Of a stretch of DNA of 64,000 bases, positions 50,313 through 59,185 are shown in pieces. The notes under the pieces were generated by a model. It searched no databases, had not been told where the DNA came from, and was given only the letters and a program-made list of their open reading frames with translations. This DNA is from Ignavibacteriales bacterium. Its GTDB lineage: Bacteria > Bacteroidota > Ignavibacteria > Ignavibacteriales > DAOSCP01. The stretch covers positions 29,833-93,832 of the forward strand of contig DAOSVM010000005.1 in the NCBI GenBank assembly GCA_035379625.1. The letters run 5' to 3'. Made by a program: the position numbers and the translations under genes. Every line of letters begins with the position of its first letter. The first letter of the stretch is position 1.

Positions 50313-51538
50313 TAGTTATAACTCACTAAAAAAATTTGCAAATCAGTAGTTGGGATAAACTTCAAATCGTTATTTACTCCAATTAAATACGCTTCACCTT
50401 TATTAACAATAATTTCTTCGTTAAAGTTTCTAAGAGCAAAACTATTACCAATATTTAATAAAATATAAAATTTATCATATGAATTAAATTCTACCTGACT
50501 TTTCGAAAAAACTCGCCGAATGTTAAATTCAATATTAAAAGCATTTTTTGAGTTTTCTATTTGGCTCGGACGGTGTAAGCTTGATGGCCGCTGTAACTGA
50601 CTTTTAGCACCAAAACCTTCTGTTATATAGTCGAAAACTTCACTAACAGGTTTAATCAATAAAAGATCATCAGTTACTTTGAAAATTTTTATAAGAGTTG
50701 CAATATCCTTGAACTTAGGAGTTAAACCAATTCTTACAACATTATCAGAATTAGCCATACATTCGACAATATTTCCAGTTAAGTAAGCGTGCGGAATTCC
50801 AGCTTCCAAAAATACAGCTTCACCTTCTTTTAACTCAACAAAATTCAATAAATAAAGGCACAATAAACCAACATCATATTTTCCATACTTTTCATAACAA
50901 AATTTATAATAATTAGATAATTTATCATTTTCTGACTTGATTTTATTATAAATAAAATCGGTTAATTTAGCATACTCAGGATTATTTTGAGAATTACTAA
51001 CATAAGCTTTAAATATATCGCTTGGTGAATGACTTTCAACATTAATAAAATGATTTAAATAAGTTTTAATTTCTGGAAAAATAACAAAAAGTTCATTCAA
51101 CTTTTCAATGGATTTTAAACCAACCAAAGCTTCCAATTTATCTATTGCTATTGCAATTTCAGGTTTATGGTTGTCATCAGGATAATTATTAGGATCTTTC
51201 AAATGTAATACCGCAGCTTGTTGCTTATTCGGATGAGCCTGAATTGAAAGCGGTTGCTCAATCGATAATACTTTTAAAAGAAATGGAAGTTTAATATATT
51301 TTTCATAAAACTTTGTACCAATTATATCTTTTTCTTTTTCAATAAAATCAGATAATAAAATAGTTTCATTTTTATAAATTATTTTTGAAGGTAAAGATGG
51401 ATGAACACCTAACCAATACTCAGCATATGGTTTATTTGGTTCTGTTTTAATATTTAAAAGTTTTGGGATATAAGCATTTTCGTTTCGTGTTCCCCAATCA
51501 TAATGTTGTATATTTCCAGTAAGCTTAAAAACATTCAT
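50312..51538 (-). CDS. manA: mannose-6-phosphate isomerase, class I
   Basis: HYDWGT, QAHPNK, YPDDNHKPEIAIAI and CMANSDNVVRIGLTPKFKD are type I PMI signatures. The gene contains an in-frame TIR-like insert (see the repeat feature at 50561-50595). Confidence 0.9.
   Translation of the reverse strand: MNVFKLTGNIQHYDWGTRNENAYIPKLLNIKTEPNKPYAEYWLGVHPSLPSKIIYKNETILLSDFIEKEKDIIGTKFYEKYIKLPFLLKVLSIEQPLSIQAHPNKQQAAVLHLKDPNNYPDDNHKPEIAIAIDKLEALVGLKSIEKLNELFVIFPEIKTYLNHFINVESHSPSDIFKAYVSNSQNNPEYAKLTDFIYNKIKSENDKLSNYYKFCYEKYGKYDVGLLCLYLLNFVELKEGEAVFLEAGIPHAYLTGNIVECMANSDNVVRIGLTPKFKDIATLIKIFKVTDDLLLIKPVSEVFDYITEGFGAKSQLQRPSSLHRPSQIENSKNAFNIEFNIRRVFSKSQVEFNSYDKFYILLNIGNSFALRNFNEEIIVNKGEAYLIGVNNDLKFIPTTDLQIFLVSYN
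50561..50595 (+). repeat. solo alpha-TIR-like relic of the element family inside the manA coding sequence
   Basis: ttggctcggacggtgtaagctt matches the C/D alpha end (ttagctcagacggtgtaagctt) at 20 of 22 positions. It is followed by a partial hairpin arm (ggccgctg). It is read in frame as ...QLQRPSSLHRPSQ... Confidence 0.6.
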
Positions 51539-51660
51539 AAATTAGAACTCATAGCAATATTTTTTATTTGAATATAATAAAAAAAATGTTAATTTAAAAA
51601 TTTGTTTTGATTAAATTATTGTTATTTTTACAAGCCCAAATAAAAAATAGGAAGCAAAAA

Positions 51661-52308
51661 ATGAAAAAAATGTTAATTATTGTGCTTGTTATTAGCATAA
51701 GTTATTGCTTTGCACAACCAAAAGCAAATTTATCACAAGTAAAAGAAGAAATTGTTAGTTATTACGAAACTGGAAAAATTGAAAAAGAATATGAGAAAGC
51801 TATACAAAAAATGAAAAAACAATTAGATTTACAAATTAAAAATTCAAAAGGTAAAAATAATGTAGCAGTTGTTTTTGATATCGATGAAACGATATTATCC
51901 AATTATCCACATATGAAAATGTTAGATTTCGGTTATATACCAGAATTATGGGATAAATGGGTTGACGAAGCAAAGGCACCTGTCATCAAACCAACAAAAA
52001 AATTATATGATTATTTGGAAAATAAAAATATTAAAATTATTTTTATAACTGGGCGATATGCAGATCAATATGAAAAGACAAAGAAAAATTTAAATGATTT
52101 AGGAATAAAAAATTTTGATACAATCATTACAAAATCAAGAAATGGAAATAATACAACAACAGGTAAATATAAAGAACAAAAAAGAGAAGAATTAGTAAAA
52201 AAAGGATATCAAATTATAGCTTGTGTGGGTGATCAATGGAGTGATATGGAAGGAAAAAATACAGGAATTAAAATAAAATTGCCAAATTATATTTATATAA
52301 TAAAATAA
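51661..52308 (+). CDS. HAD-superfamily class B acid phosphatase / e(P4)-like 5'-nucleotidase
   Basis: Signal peptide from MKKMLIIVLV. Motifs VVFDIDETILSN, FITGR and GDQWSD. The upstream ORF extension from 51607 is unlikely to be translated. Confidence 0.82.
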   Translation: MKKMLIIVLVISISYCFAQPKANLSQVKEEIVSYYETGKIEKEYEKAIQKMKKQLDLQIKNSKGKNNVAVVFDIDETILSNYPHMKMLDFGYIPELWDKWVDEAKAPVIKPTKKLYDYLENKNIKIIFITGRYADQYEKTKKNLNDLGIKNFDTIITKSRNGNNTTTGKYKEQKREELVKKGYQIIACVGDQWSDMEGKNTGIKIKLPNYIYIIK

Positions 52309-52321
52309 AAAGGGATTTAAA

Positions 52322-53461
52322 ATGAACAGATCCAAAGTTAGCCATATTGGAGAATCAATATTTCCGATGATGACAAGGCTCTGTAATGAACATAATGCAA
52401 TTAATCTTTCACAAGGTTTTCCAGATTTTCCTATAGATTCAGAATTAAAAGAATTAGTTGCCAAATATGTAAATGAAGATAAAAATCAATATGCGCCAGC
52501 TGATGGAGTTGTTCATTTCCGTGAAGTTTTAGCAAAAAAATATGAAGATTGTCATAATGTAAAAGTTGATCCTATTGCTGAAATTACTGTTCATACTGGT
52601 GCAGCAGAAGGATTATTTAATTCAATAGCAGCAATAATCGATGAAGGTGACGAAGCAATTATTTTTGAGCCTGCTTATGATTCTTATGCCCCAGTAATTG
52701 AATACTTCAAAGGAAAAGTTGTTCCAATTAAACTTGAACTCCCTAATTTTTCAATTAATTGGAATAAAGTAAAAGATAGTATAACTGAAAAAACAAGGTT
52801 AATAATAATAAATTCTCCACATAATCCTACCGGTACTTTATTAGAAGATATTGATTTTAAAAATTTAATAGAAATTACAAAAAATAAGGATATTTATATA
52901 ATATCTGATGAAGTTTATGAACATATAATTTTTGATGGTAAAAAACATATTACAATTTTACAATATCCTGAATTAAGAGAAAAATCTATTGCAGTTTTTT
53001 CATTAGGTAAAACCTTGCATACAACAGGTTGGAGATTAGGATATACAATAGCGGCAAAAGAAATTACAGAAGATATAAGAAAATATCACCAATTCAATAG
53101 TTATACTTGTATAACACCAATACAATGGGCAGCTGCAGATTATTTATCGAATAAAGAAAATTATCTTTATTTAAGTGAATTTTTCGAAAAAAAACGAGAT
53201 AATTTTTACAATCTCCTAAAACAAACAAAACTTGAAGTTTTTCCATCTTATGGCTCTTATTTTATGATAGCTTCCTATAAACATCTTTCAGATATGGATG
53301 ATTTATCTTTTGCAACTCATTTAATTAAAGAATATGGCGTTGGAACAATTCCAATTTCATTTTTCTACAAAGATAGAACAGATAATAAAATTATTCGCTT
53401 TTGCTTTGCTAAAAAAGATGAAATTTTATATGAAGCTGCAAATAGATTAATGAAACTGTAA
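52322..53461 (+). CDS. PLP-dependent aminotransferase, class I/II (methionine aminotransferase/YbdL-like)
   Basis: INLSQGFPDF, NSPHNPTG and the PLP-lysine context FSLGKTLHTTGWRLGY. Confidence 0.85.
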   Translation: MNRSKVSHIGESIFPMMTRLCNEHNAINLSQGFPDFPIDSELKELVAKYVNEDKNQYAPADGVVHFREVLAKKYEDCHNVKVDPIAEITVHTGAAEGLFNSIAAIIDEGDEAIIFEPAYDSYAPVIEYFKGKVVPIKLELPNFSINWNKVKDSITEKTRLIIINSPHNPTGTLLEDIDFKNLIEITKNKDIYIISDEVYEHIIFDGKKHITILQYPELREKSIAVFSLGKTLHTTGWRLGYTIAAKEITEDIRKYHQFNSYTCITPIQWAAADYLSNKENYLYLSEFFEKKRDNFYNLLKQTKLEVFPSYGSYFMIASYKHLSDMDDLSFATHLIKEYGVGTIPISFFYKDRTDNKIIRFCFAKKDEILYEAANRLMKL

Positions 53462-53491
53462 AAAAAATACATTAAATTTAGTGAGGGTAGA

Positions 53492-53896
53492 ATGACTAAT
53501 GAAGAATTAGCCAAATTGGCTATTGAAGCAAAACAAAATGCTTATCCACCTTATTCAAAATTCCATGTTGGTGCAGCATTACTAACAAAAGATGGAAAAG
53601 TTTATAAAGGTTGCAACGTAGAAATTTCATCTTATGGTTTAACTATGTGTGCTGAAAGAACAGCAGCTTTTAAAGCTTATTCTGAAGGGGAAAGAGAATT
53701 TACAGCAATTGCTATTTCAAGCGATTACGAAGGCTTTACTCCACCTTGTGGTGCTTGTCGTCAAGTATTATGGGATTTATGTGGCGATATAGATTTTATT
53801 ATGGTTAATCATAAAAATGAGCTAAAAGTAATGAAAATGTCAGAACTTATGCCATTTTCATTCGGTTCAGATATGCTAAACGAGGAGGAAAAATAA
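53492..53896 (+). CDS. cdd: cytidine deaminase
   Basis: Zinc motifs CAERTA and PCGACRQ. Confidence 0.92.
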   Translation: MTNEELAKLAIEAKQNAYPPYSKFHVGAALLTKDGKVYKGCNVEISSYGLTMCAERTAAFKAYSEGEREFTAIAISSDYEGFTPPCGACRQVLWDLCGDIDFIMVNHKNELKVMKMSELMPFSFGSDMLNEEEK

Positions 53897-54465
53897 TGAT
53901 TACTTCTCCTCATTTACAACCCATTGGAACAGGCTGGGTTGAAGTTATTACAGGTTGTATGTTCAGCGGAAAAACCGAAGAGTTAATCAGAAGATTAAAA
54001 AGAGCTAAAATTGCAAAACAAGATGTTATTGTTTTCAAACCAGAAATTGATAATAGATATTCTGAAACAGAAATCGTTTCTCATAACGAAACTTCATTAC
54101 CTTCTATAGTAGTTTCAAGCGCAAAAGAAATTTATGAAAAATCAAAAGATGCTCAAGTTGTTGGTGTAGATGAAGCGCAATTTTTTTCAAATGATTTAGT
54201 TGATGTAGTAAATAAATTAGCTAACGAAGGGAAAAGAGTAATTGTCGCTGGCCTTGATATGGATTATAAGGGAGTGCCCTTTGAACCAATGCCACAACTT
54301 ATGGCAATTGCTGAATATGTTACAAAAACTCTTGCAATTTGTGTTGTTTGCGGTAATCCTGCTGATAGAACTCAAAGAAATGTAAAATCTAACGAAAAAG
54401 TACTTGTTGGAGCTTCCGGAATGTATGAAGCTCGTTGTAGAAAATGTCATACAGTAATTGAATAA
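53896..54465 (+). CDS. tdk: thymidine kinase
   Basis: P-loop [11 protein letters not shown], then [10 protein letters not shown]-terminal zinc ribbon CVVCG...CRKCH. Confidence 0.93.
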   Translation: MITSPHLQPIGTGWVEVITGCMFSGKTEELIRRLKRAKIAKQDVIVFKPEIDNRYSETEIVSHNETSLPSIVVSSAKEIYEKSKDAQVVGVDEAQFFSNDLVDVVNKLANEGKRVIVAGLDMDYKGVPFEPMPQLMAIAEYVTKTLAICVVCGNPADRTQRNVKSNEKVLVGASGMYEARCRKCHTVIE

Positions 54466-54476
54466 TTGGAGTTTAA

Positions 54477-55823
54477 ATGGAATTATTATTAAAATATTTA
54501 AATGGTTTGTTTGGAGTTTTATTCCTAATTGCTTTAGCTTTGTTATTTTCTAACAACCGAAAAAGAGTTAATTGGATTATGATTTTAAAAGCATTAGGAT
54601 TGCAAATTTTATTTGCTATTTTGATTAACAAAGGTGAAGATTTAGGAAAATTATTTGCTCCACTCGGGTGGTTCAAAAAGGGAATTGAAGGAATTGGCTA
54701 TGGTGTTGTTATGTTATTACACTATTCAGAAGAAGGAGCTAAATTTGTTTTTGGAAGCTTAGCGGTTAGTAATGCACCAACTGGATTTTTATTTGCATTC
54801 CAAGTTTTGCCTGCCGTAATATTTTTTGCAGCTCTAATGTCAATATTATATTATCTTGGAATTATGCAAAGAGTGGTTCAAGCAATGGCTTGGGTTTTCT
54901 CTAAAATATTAGGAACAAGTGGTGCCGAATCTCTTTCTTGTAGCGGTAGTGTTTTTGTTGGCCAATCGGAAGCTCCTTTATTGATTAGACCTTTCATACC
55001 AAAATTAACCAAAAGTGAACTTTTGACAATTATGGTTGGCGGTATGGCTACAATTGCTGGAAGTGTAATGGCAGCTTATATTCAATTTTTAGGAAGTGCT
55101 TACGCAAAAGCTATGAATTTACCACTTGAAACTGCAAATGTTAAATTCGCAACTTACTTGCTGGGCGCTAGTATTATGGCTGTTCCTGCTGGCCTTATGT
55201 TCTCAAAAATTTTATATCCTGAAACTGAAGAGCCAGTAACAAAAGATACAGTAAAAATTGAAATTGAAAGGCACGGAGCTAATGTAATTGAAGCTGCAGC
55301 TGTTGGCGTTAACGATGGTATAAAAATTGCCGTTGCTATTGCCGGTATGCTTATTGCATTTTTGGCTCTTATCGCTATGTTAAATTCAATTCTTTGGAAT
55401 GTAGGTAATTTTACTGGATTAAATGCCATTACTCAATCCTATTTTCATAAACCATTGAGTTTTGAATTACTAATTGGCTTAGTTTTACAATTTGTTGGTA
55501 TGGCTATTGGTATTCCTTGGCAAGATGCATTAAATTTTGGTAGCTTATATGGAACAAAAGTTGTATTAAATGAATTTGTCGCATATAGCAATTTGATGAA
55601 TTTAATAAGCAATAAAATAATATTAAACGATAAAACAATTTTAATGGCAACATACGCTCTTTGCGGTTTTGCTAATTTTTCTTCGATTGCTATTCAAATG
55701 GGGTGCATTGGTCAACTTGCACCTGAAAGAAGAAGTGAAATTGCAAAATTCGGTTTAAAAGCAGTTTTAGGTGGTTCTTTAGCAACTTTATTGACTGCTA
55801 CAGTTGTTGGTATGTTATTTTAA
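54477..55823 (+). CDS. nupC: NupC/NupG-family (CNT) nucleoside transporter
   Basis: Polytopic membrane protein with CNT blocks (GQSEAPLLIRPF, NEFVAYS, LCGFANFSSIAIQ). Confidence 0.88.
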   Translation: MELLLKYLNGLFGVLFLIALALLFSNNRKRVNWIMILKALGLQILFAILINKGEDLGKLFAPLGWFKKGIEGIGYGVVMLLHYSEEGAKFVFGSLAVSNAPTGFLFAFQVLPAVIFFAALMSILYYLGIMQRVVQAMAWVFSKILGTSGAESLSCSGSVFVGQSEAPLLIRPFIPKLTKSELLTIMVGGMATIAGSVMAAYIQFLGSAYAKAMNLPLETANVKFATYLLGASIMAVPAGLMFSKILYPETEEPVTKDTVKIEIERHGANVIEAAAVGVNDGIKIAVAIAGMLIAFLALIAMLNSILWNVGNFTGLNAITQSYFHKPLSFELLIGLVLQFVGMAIGIPWQDALNFGSLYGTKVVLNEFVAYSNLMNLISNKIILNDKTILMATYALCGFANFSSIAIQMGCIGQLAPERRSEIAKFGLKAVLGGSLATLLTATVVGMLF

Positions 55824-55846
55824 TAATCTAATTATGGAGTTATTAT

Positions 55847-56668
55847 ATGTTCGACTTTGAAGCTAAATACGAATCTTTAATCGATAAAATTAAATCTGAA
55901 GCCCCTTTTGAAGTTGAGCTTGCTATTGTTTTGGGTAGTGGCCTTGGAGATTTCGCAGAAAAAGTTAATACTGTAAAAAGTATTCCTACAGTATCTTTAC
56001 CGGATTATCCTCCATCAACTGTTGAAGGACATAGCGGTAAAATTCATTTTGTCGATCATAACGGCAAAAAAGTTTTACTCTTCCAAGGTAGAATTCACTT
56101 CTACGAAGGTTATAAAATTAGTGAATGTTTACTCCCTGTATTTATTTCTTATAAACTTGGAGCAAAAAAAATATTATTAACTAATGCTGCTGGAGGTGTA
56201 AATTCTAATTTCGCTCCCGGCGATTTAATGCTTACAACTTCATTTCTATATGATATGATTAAAAAAGAACTATCTCAAGTTCTACCACTTGCAGAAATTG
56301 AAACAAGAAATAAATTGATCGATTTCCCATCTAAACAATTAAATGAAGTAATTTTAAATGCAGCTTTGGATGAAAAAATTCATTTGAAAGAAGGTACATA
56401 TTGGTATATGAAAGGCCCTTCTTATGAAACTCCTGCAGAAATCCGTATGATAAAAAATTTCGGTGGTGATGCTGTCGGAATGTCTACTGCACACGAAGCT
56501 ATTTTCGCTGCAACATTAGGTATGAAAGTAGCCGCAATTTCTTGTATTACAAATTTTGCAGCTGGAATTTCTGATGAAAAACTTTCTCATGAAGATGTTA
56601 CCAGAACAGCAGAGCTTGTTAAAGATAAATTTGCAAGATTAGTTAAGAAATTTATCGATTTAGCTTAA
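55847..56668 (+). CDS. purine nucleoside phosphorylase (PunA/PNP type)
   Basis: LGSGLG, GRIHFYEGY, TNAAGG, GPSYETPAE and GGDAVGMST. Confidence 0.9.
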   Translation: MFDFEAKYESLIDKIKSEAPFEVELAIVLGSGLGDFAEKVNTVKSIPTVSLPDYPPSTVEGHSGKIHFVDHNGKKVLLFQGRIHFYEGYKISECLLPVFISYKLGAKKILLTNAAGGVNSNFAPGDLMLTTSFLYDMIKKELSQVLPLAEIETRNKLIDFPSKQLNEVILNAALDEKIHLKEGTYWYMKGPSYETPAEIRMIKNFGGDAVGMSTAHEAIFAATLGMKVAAISCITNFAAGISDEKLSHEDVTRTAELVKDKFARLVKKFIDLA

Positions 56669-56671
56669 AAG

Positions 56672-58276
56672 GTGGAATTTATGCAACAAAAAAATTATAA
56701 GTTGTTTGTTCCCGGCGATTTAAACGGTTTTTTTGCTTTAATGTTTGATAATTTAACAGTTTTATCTTTTTTAGCTGGCATTTTAATCTTCGTCTTTCAA
56801 TATCCTGCTGAAATTGTTTTTGGAAAAATGTTCCCAGGTACTGCTTTTGGTGTTTTAGTTGGAGATTTATTATATTCTTATTTAGCTATTAGATTGGCAA
56901 ATAAAACCGGTAAACCAAACGTAACTGCAATGCCCCTCGGACTTGATACACCATCAACTATTGGCATTGCTCTTACTGTACTTGGACCTGCATTCTTGTA
57001 CTTAAAAAATAAATATAATGTTCAAGATGCAGCAATGATGACATGGTATATCGGTATGTCTACAATGGTTATGATTGGAATTACAAAATTTATTTTTTCC
57101 TTTATTGGTCATAAAATACAAAAATTATTACCACAAGCTGGTTTATTAGGTTCTTTAGCTGGTATTGGCCTAGCTTTAATAGGATTTATGCCAATTGCCG
57201 AAATTTTCGGTATGCCAATTGTTGGAGTAATTTCTTTAGGAATAATCCTTTATACTTTGATTGCCCGTATCCAACTTCCTGGAAAAATTCCTCCTGTTTT
57301 ATTCGCCGTTGTTATTGGAACAATTCTTTATTATATAATTGCTCCTTTAGGCTTTGTTGGTACTAGCTTTGAAATGCCCAAATTAGAATTGCATTTCGGC
57401 TTACCAATTCCAACTTTTAATTTTATTAACGGTTTTGTAGAATCATTAAATTATCTACCAATAGCTTTTCCTTTTGCATTATTAACAATTGCAGGTGCTA
57501 TCAATGTTACTGAAAGTGCAAATGTCGCTGGCGATGATTATAAAGTAAAAGAAATAATGTGGGTCGATGCTTTAGCAACTACAATTTCCGGTTTGTCAGG
57601 CGGCGTTGCTCAAACAACACCTTATATAGGACATCCTGCTTACAAAGCTATGGGAAGTAGAATTGGCTATACAATTATTACCGGACTTTTTGTAGGACTT
57701 GGCGGTATTTTTGGTTATGCTTCTTTTATTGTTGAGCTTATTCCAAGAGCAGTATTAGCACCAATACTTGTATTTGTCGCTTTAGATATCATGGCAATGG
57801 CGTTTCACGTTGTTAAACCAAAGTATTCTATGGCTGTCGCTTTTGCATACTTCCCTACAGTTGCCAGGTTACTCGAAATAAAACTAACAAACCCAGAATA
57901 TGTCCCAACTAACGTTTTTGAAACTCTTACAAAAACAATTGGGAAACACATACCTGAAATTTCAGTTATTGTTGCACTCGGTAACGGATTTATTCTCACG
58001 GCTATGCTTTGGGCTGCATTCATTGCAAATTTAATCGATAGAAAATTTATACATAGTTGTTTCTACTTATTACTTCTTGCGTTATTATCATTTTTTGGAA
58101 TAATTCATTCAGCTTTACCAAACGGGAATATGTATTTACCTTGGACATTACCAGCATACTTACAAGTTATTCCTTATCAATTTTCATTAGCATATATTGC
58201 CTTAAGCATACTATTCTTTTTACTTTCATTCTCAAAACAAGCAAAAGTACCCTATAAAGAAGAAGAAGCTGTCTAA
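56672..58276 (+). CDS. putative nucleobase permease (NCS2/AzgA-like); family assignment tentative
   Basis: Membrane protein of about 12-14 transmembrane helices, last gene of the salvage operon. The family call rests on general resemblance and context only. The start is GTG 56672 or ATG 56681. Confidence 0.5.
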   Translation: MEFMQQKNYKLFVPGDLNGFFALMFDNLTVLSFLAGILIFVFQYPAEIVFGKMFPGTAFGVLVGDLLYSYLAIRLANKTGKPNVTAMPLGLDTPSTIGIALTVLGPAFLYLKNKYNVQDAAMMTWYIGMSTMVMIGITKFIFSFIGHKIQKLLPQAGLLGSLAGIGLALIGFMPIAEIFGMPIVGVISLGIILYTLIARIQLPGKIPPVLFAVVIGTILYYIIAPLGFVGTSFEMPKLELHFGLPIPTFNFINGFVESLNYLPIAFPFALLTIAGAINVTESANVAGDDYKVKEIMWVDALATTISGLSGGVAQTTPYIGHPAYKAMGSRIGYTIITGLFVGLGGIFGYASFIVELIPRAVLAPILVFVALDIMAMAFHVVKPKYSMAVAFAYFPTVARLLEIKLTNPEYVPTNVFETLTKTIGKHIPEISVIVALGNGFILTAMLWAAFIANLIDRKFIHSCFYLLLLALLSFFGIIHSALPNGNMYLPWTLPAYLQVIPYQFSLAYIALSILFFLLSFSKQAKVPYKEEEAV

Positions 58277-58291
58277 TAAGGCAGCTTTTTT
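58266..58291 (+). terminator. rho-independent terminator overlapping the permease stop
   Basis: aagctg-tctaataagg-cagctt followed by ttttt. Confidence 0.6.
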
Positions 58292-58295
58292 GTTA

Positions 58296-58893
58296 TTGGG
58301 CTCGGGCAGTATAAGCTTAGAATATAGCAATTATCACCTTAAATTTATAACTTTACACCTAACCTTAACACAAATCATTAACCTTGAGCATGTTAACAAA
58401 AAATTTTTGAAATACTCACAATCTTTTATTCTCGTTAATGTTACAATAGAATAATATTAATTTAACTATTAATTTTAGCACTCTTAATTTGAAAAATTAA
58501 ATAAAAATTATACCTCAATTAAAAAATTGTTAAAAATTAGACAAAATAAAGTAATTTATCCGTAAGCAATAATTATATAGAAATATTTAAATATATAATA
58601 AAAAATAAATTTAAATTAGCTTAATATATAGATAAAATACTATTTTTATCAAAATATTTACTAAAAATTAAAAATATTTATAACCTACTGATAAATAATA
58701 AGATATATAAAAATTATAAATAAACAAAAACAAAATATAAAATAAAAAATCTTATAATTAAAGAAAATAATATGAAAAAAACAAATATAAAAAAAAGTTA
58801 GTATGGCTTAAAAAAAACAATATATCGTATATAAATAATATTGCAAATACAAATATATTGTAAATACAATTATATAATTATTATAAGCTCGGT
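58296..58893 (-). mobile_element. degenerate or rearranged copy E of the element family
   Basis: The left end ttgggctcgggcagtataagc (58296-316) resembles the reverse complement of the C/D beta TIR, with 2 substitutions and a 1-nt indel. A core group with TAC motifs 17 bp apart (58848, 58865) and an abutting inverted half-site lies at 58818-58880. A truncated taagctcgg sits at 58883-92. No GC hairpins are present. Confidence 0.4.
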
Positions 58894-59185
58894 TAAAAAT
58901 AATATTATAGTGTATAAAAATATTAATAAAGTAATATAAATATATTAGTGATGGCGGTTTAATAACATATTGAAATAAAATAAGATAATATAACTAGAAA
59001 AAATAAATGGAAAATATTAAAAGAAAATAAACTTTTAAATATTCTGGATAAAAAAAAAATTAAAAAAAGTTAAAATTTAATTTGCTTTTTTTATTTAAAC
59101 CTTTTTTATTTAATAACAAGAATGTTTAAAGTTTAAATAATTGTTAAAAAAAATATTAATAAATGTAAACTTTTTGGAGTTACAC

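Noticed and set aside
51607-51660. Upstream extensions of ORFs 51607..52308 and 59141..62122.
   Set aside because: Both have an internal Met followed by a classic signal peptide (MKKMLIIVLV; MKKNHLLFIIALL). For the second, a GGAG lies just upstream. The alternative-start extensions look non-coding.
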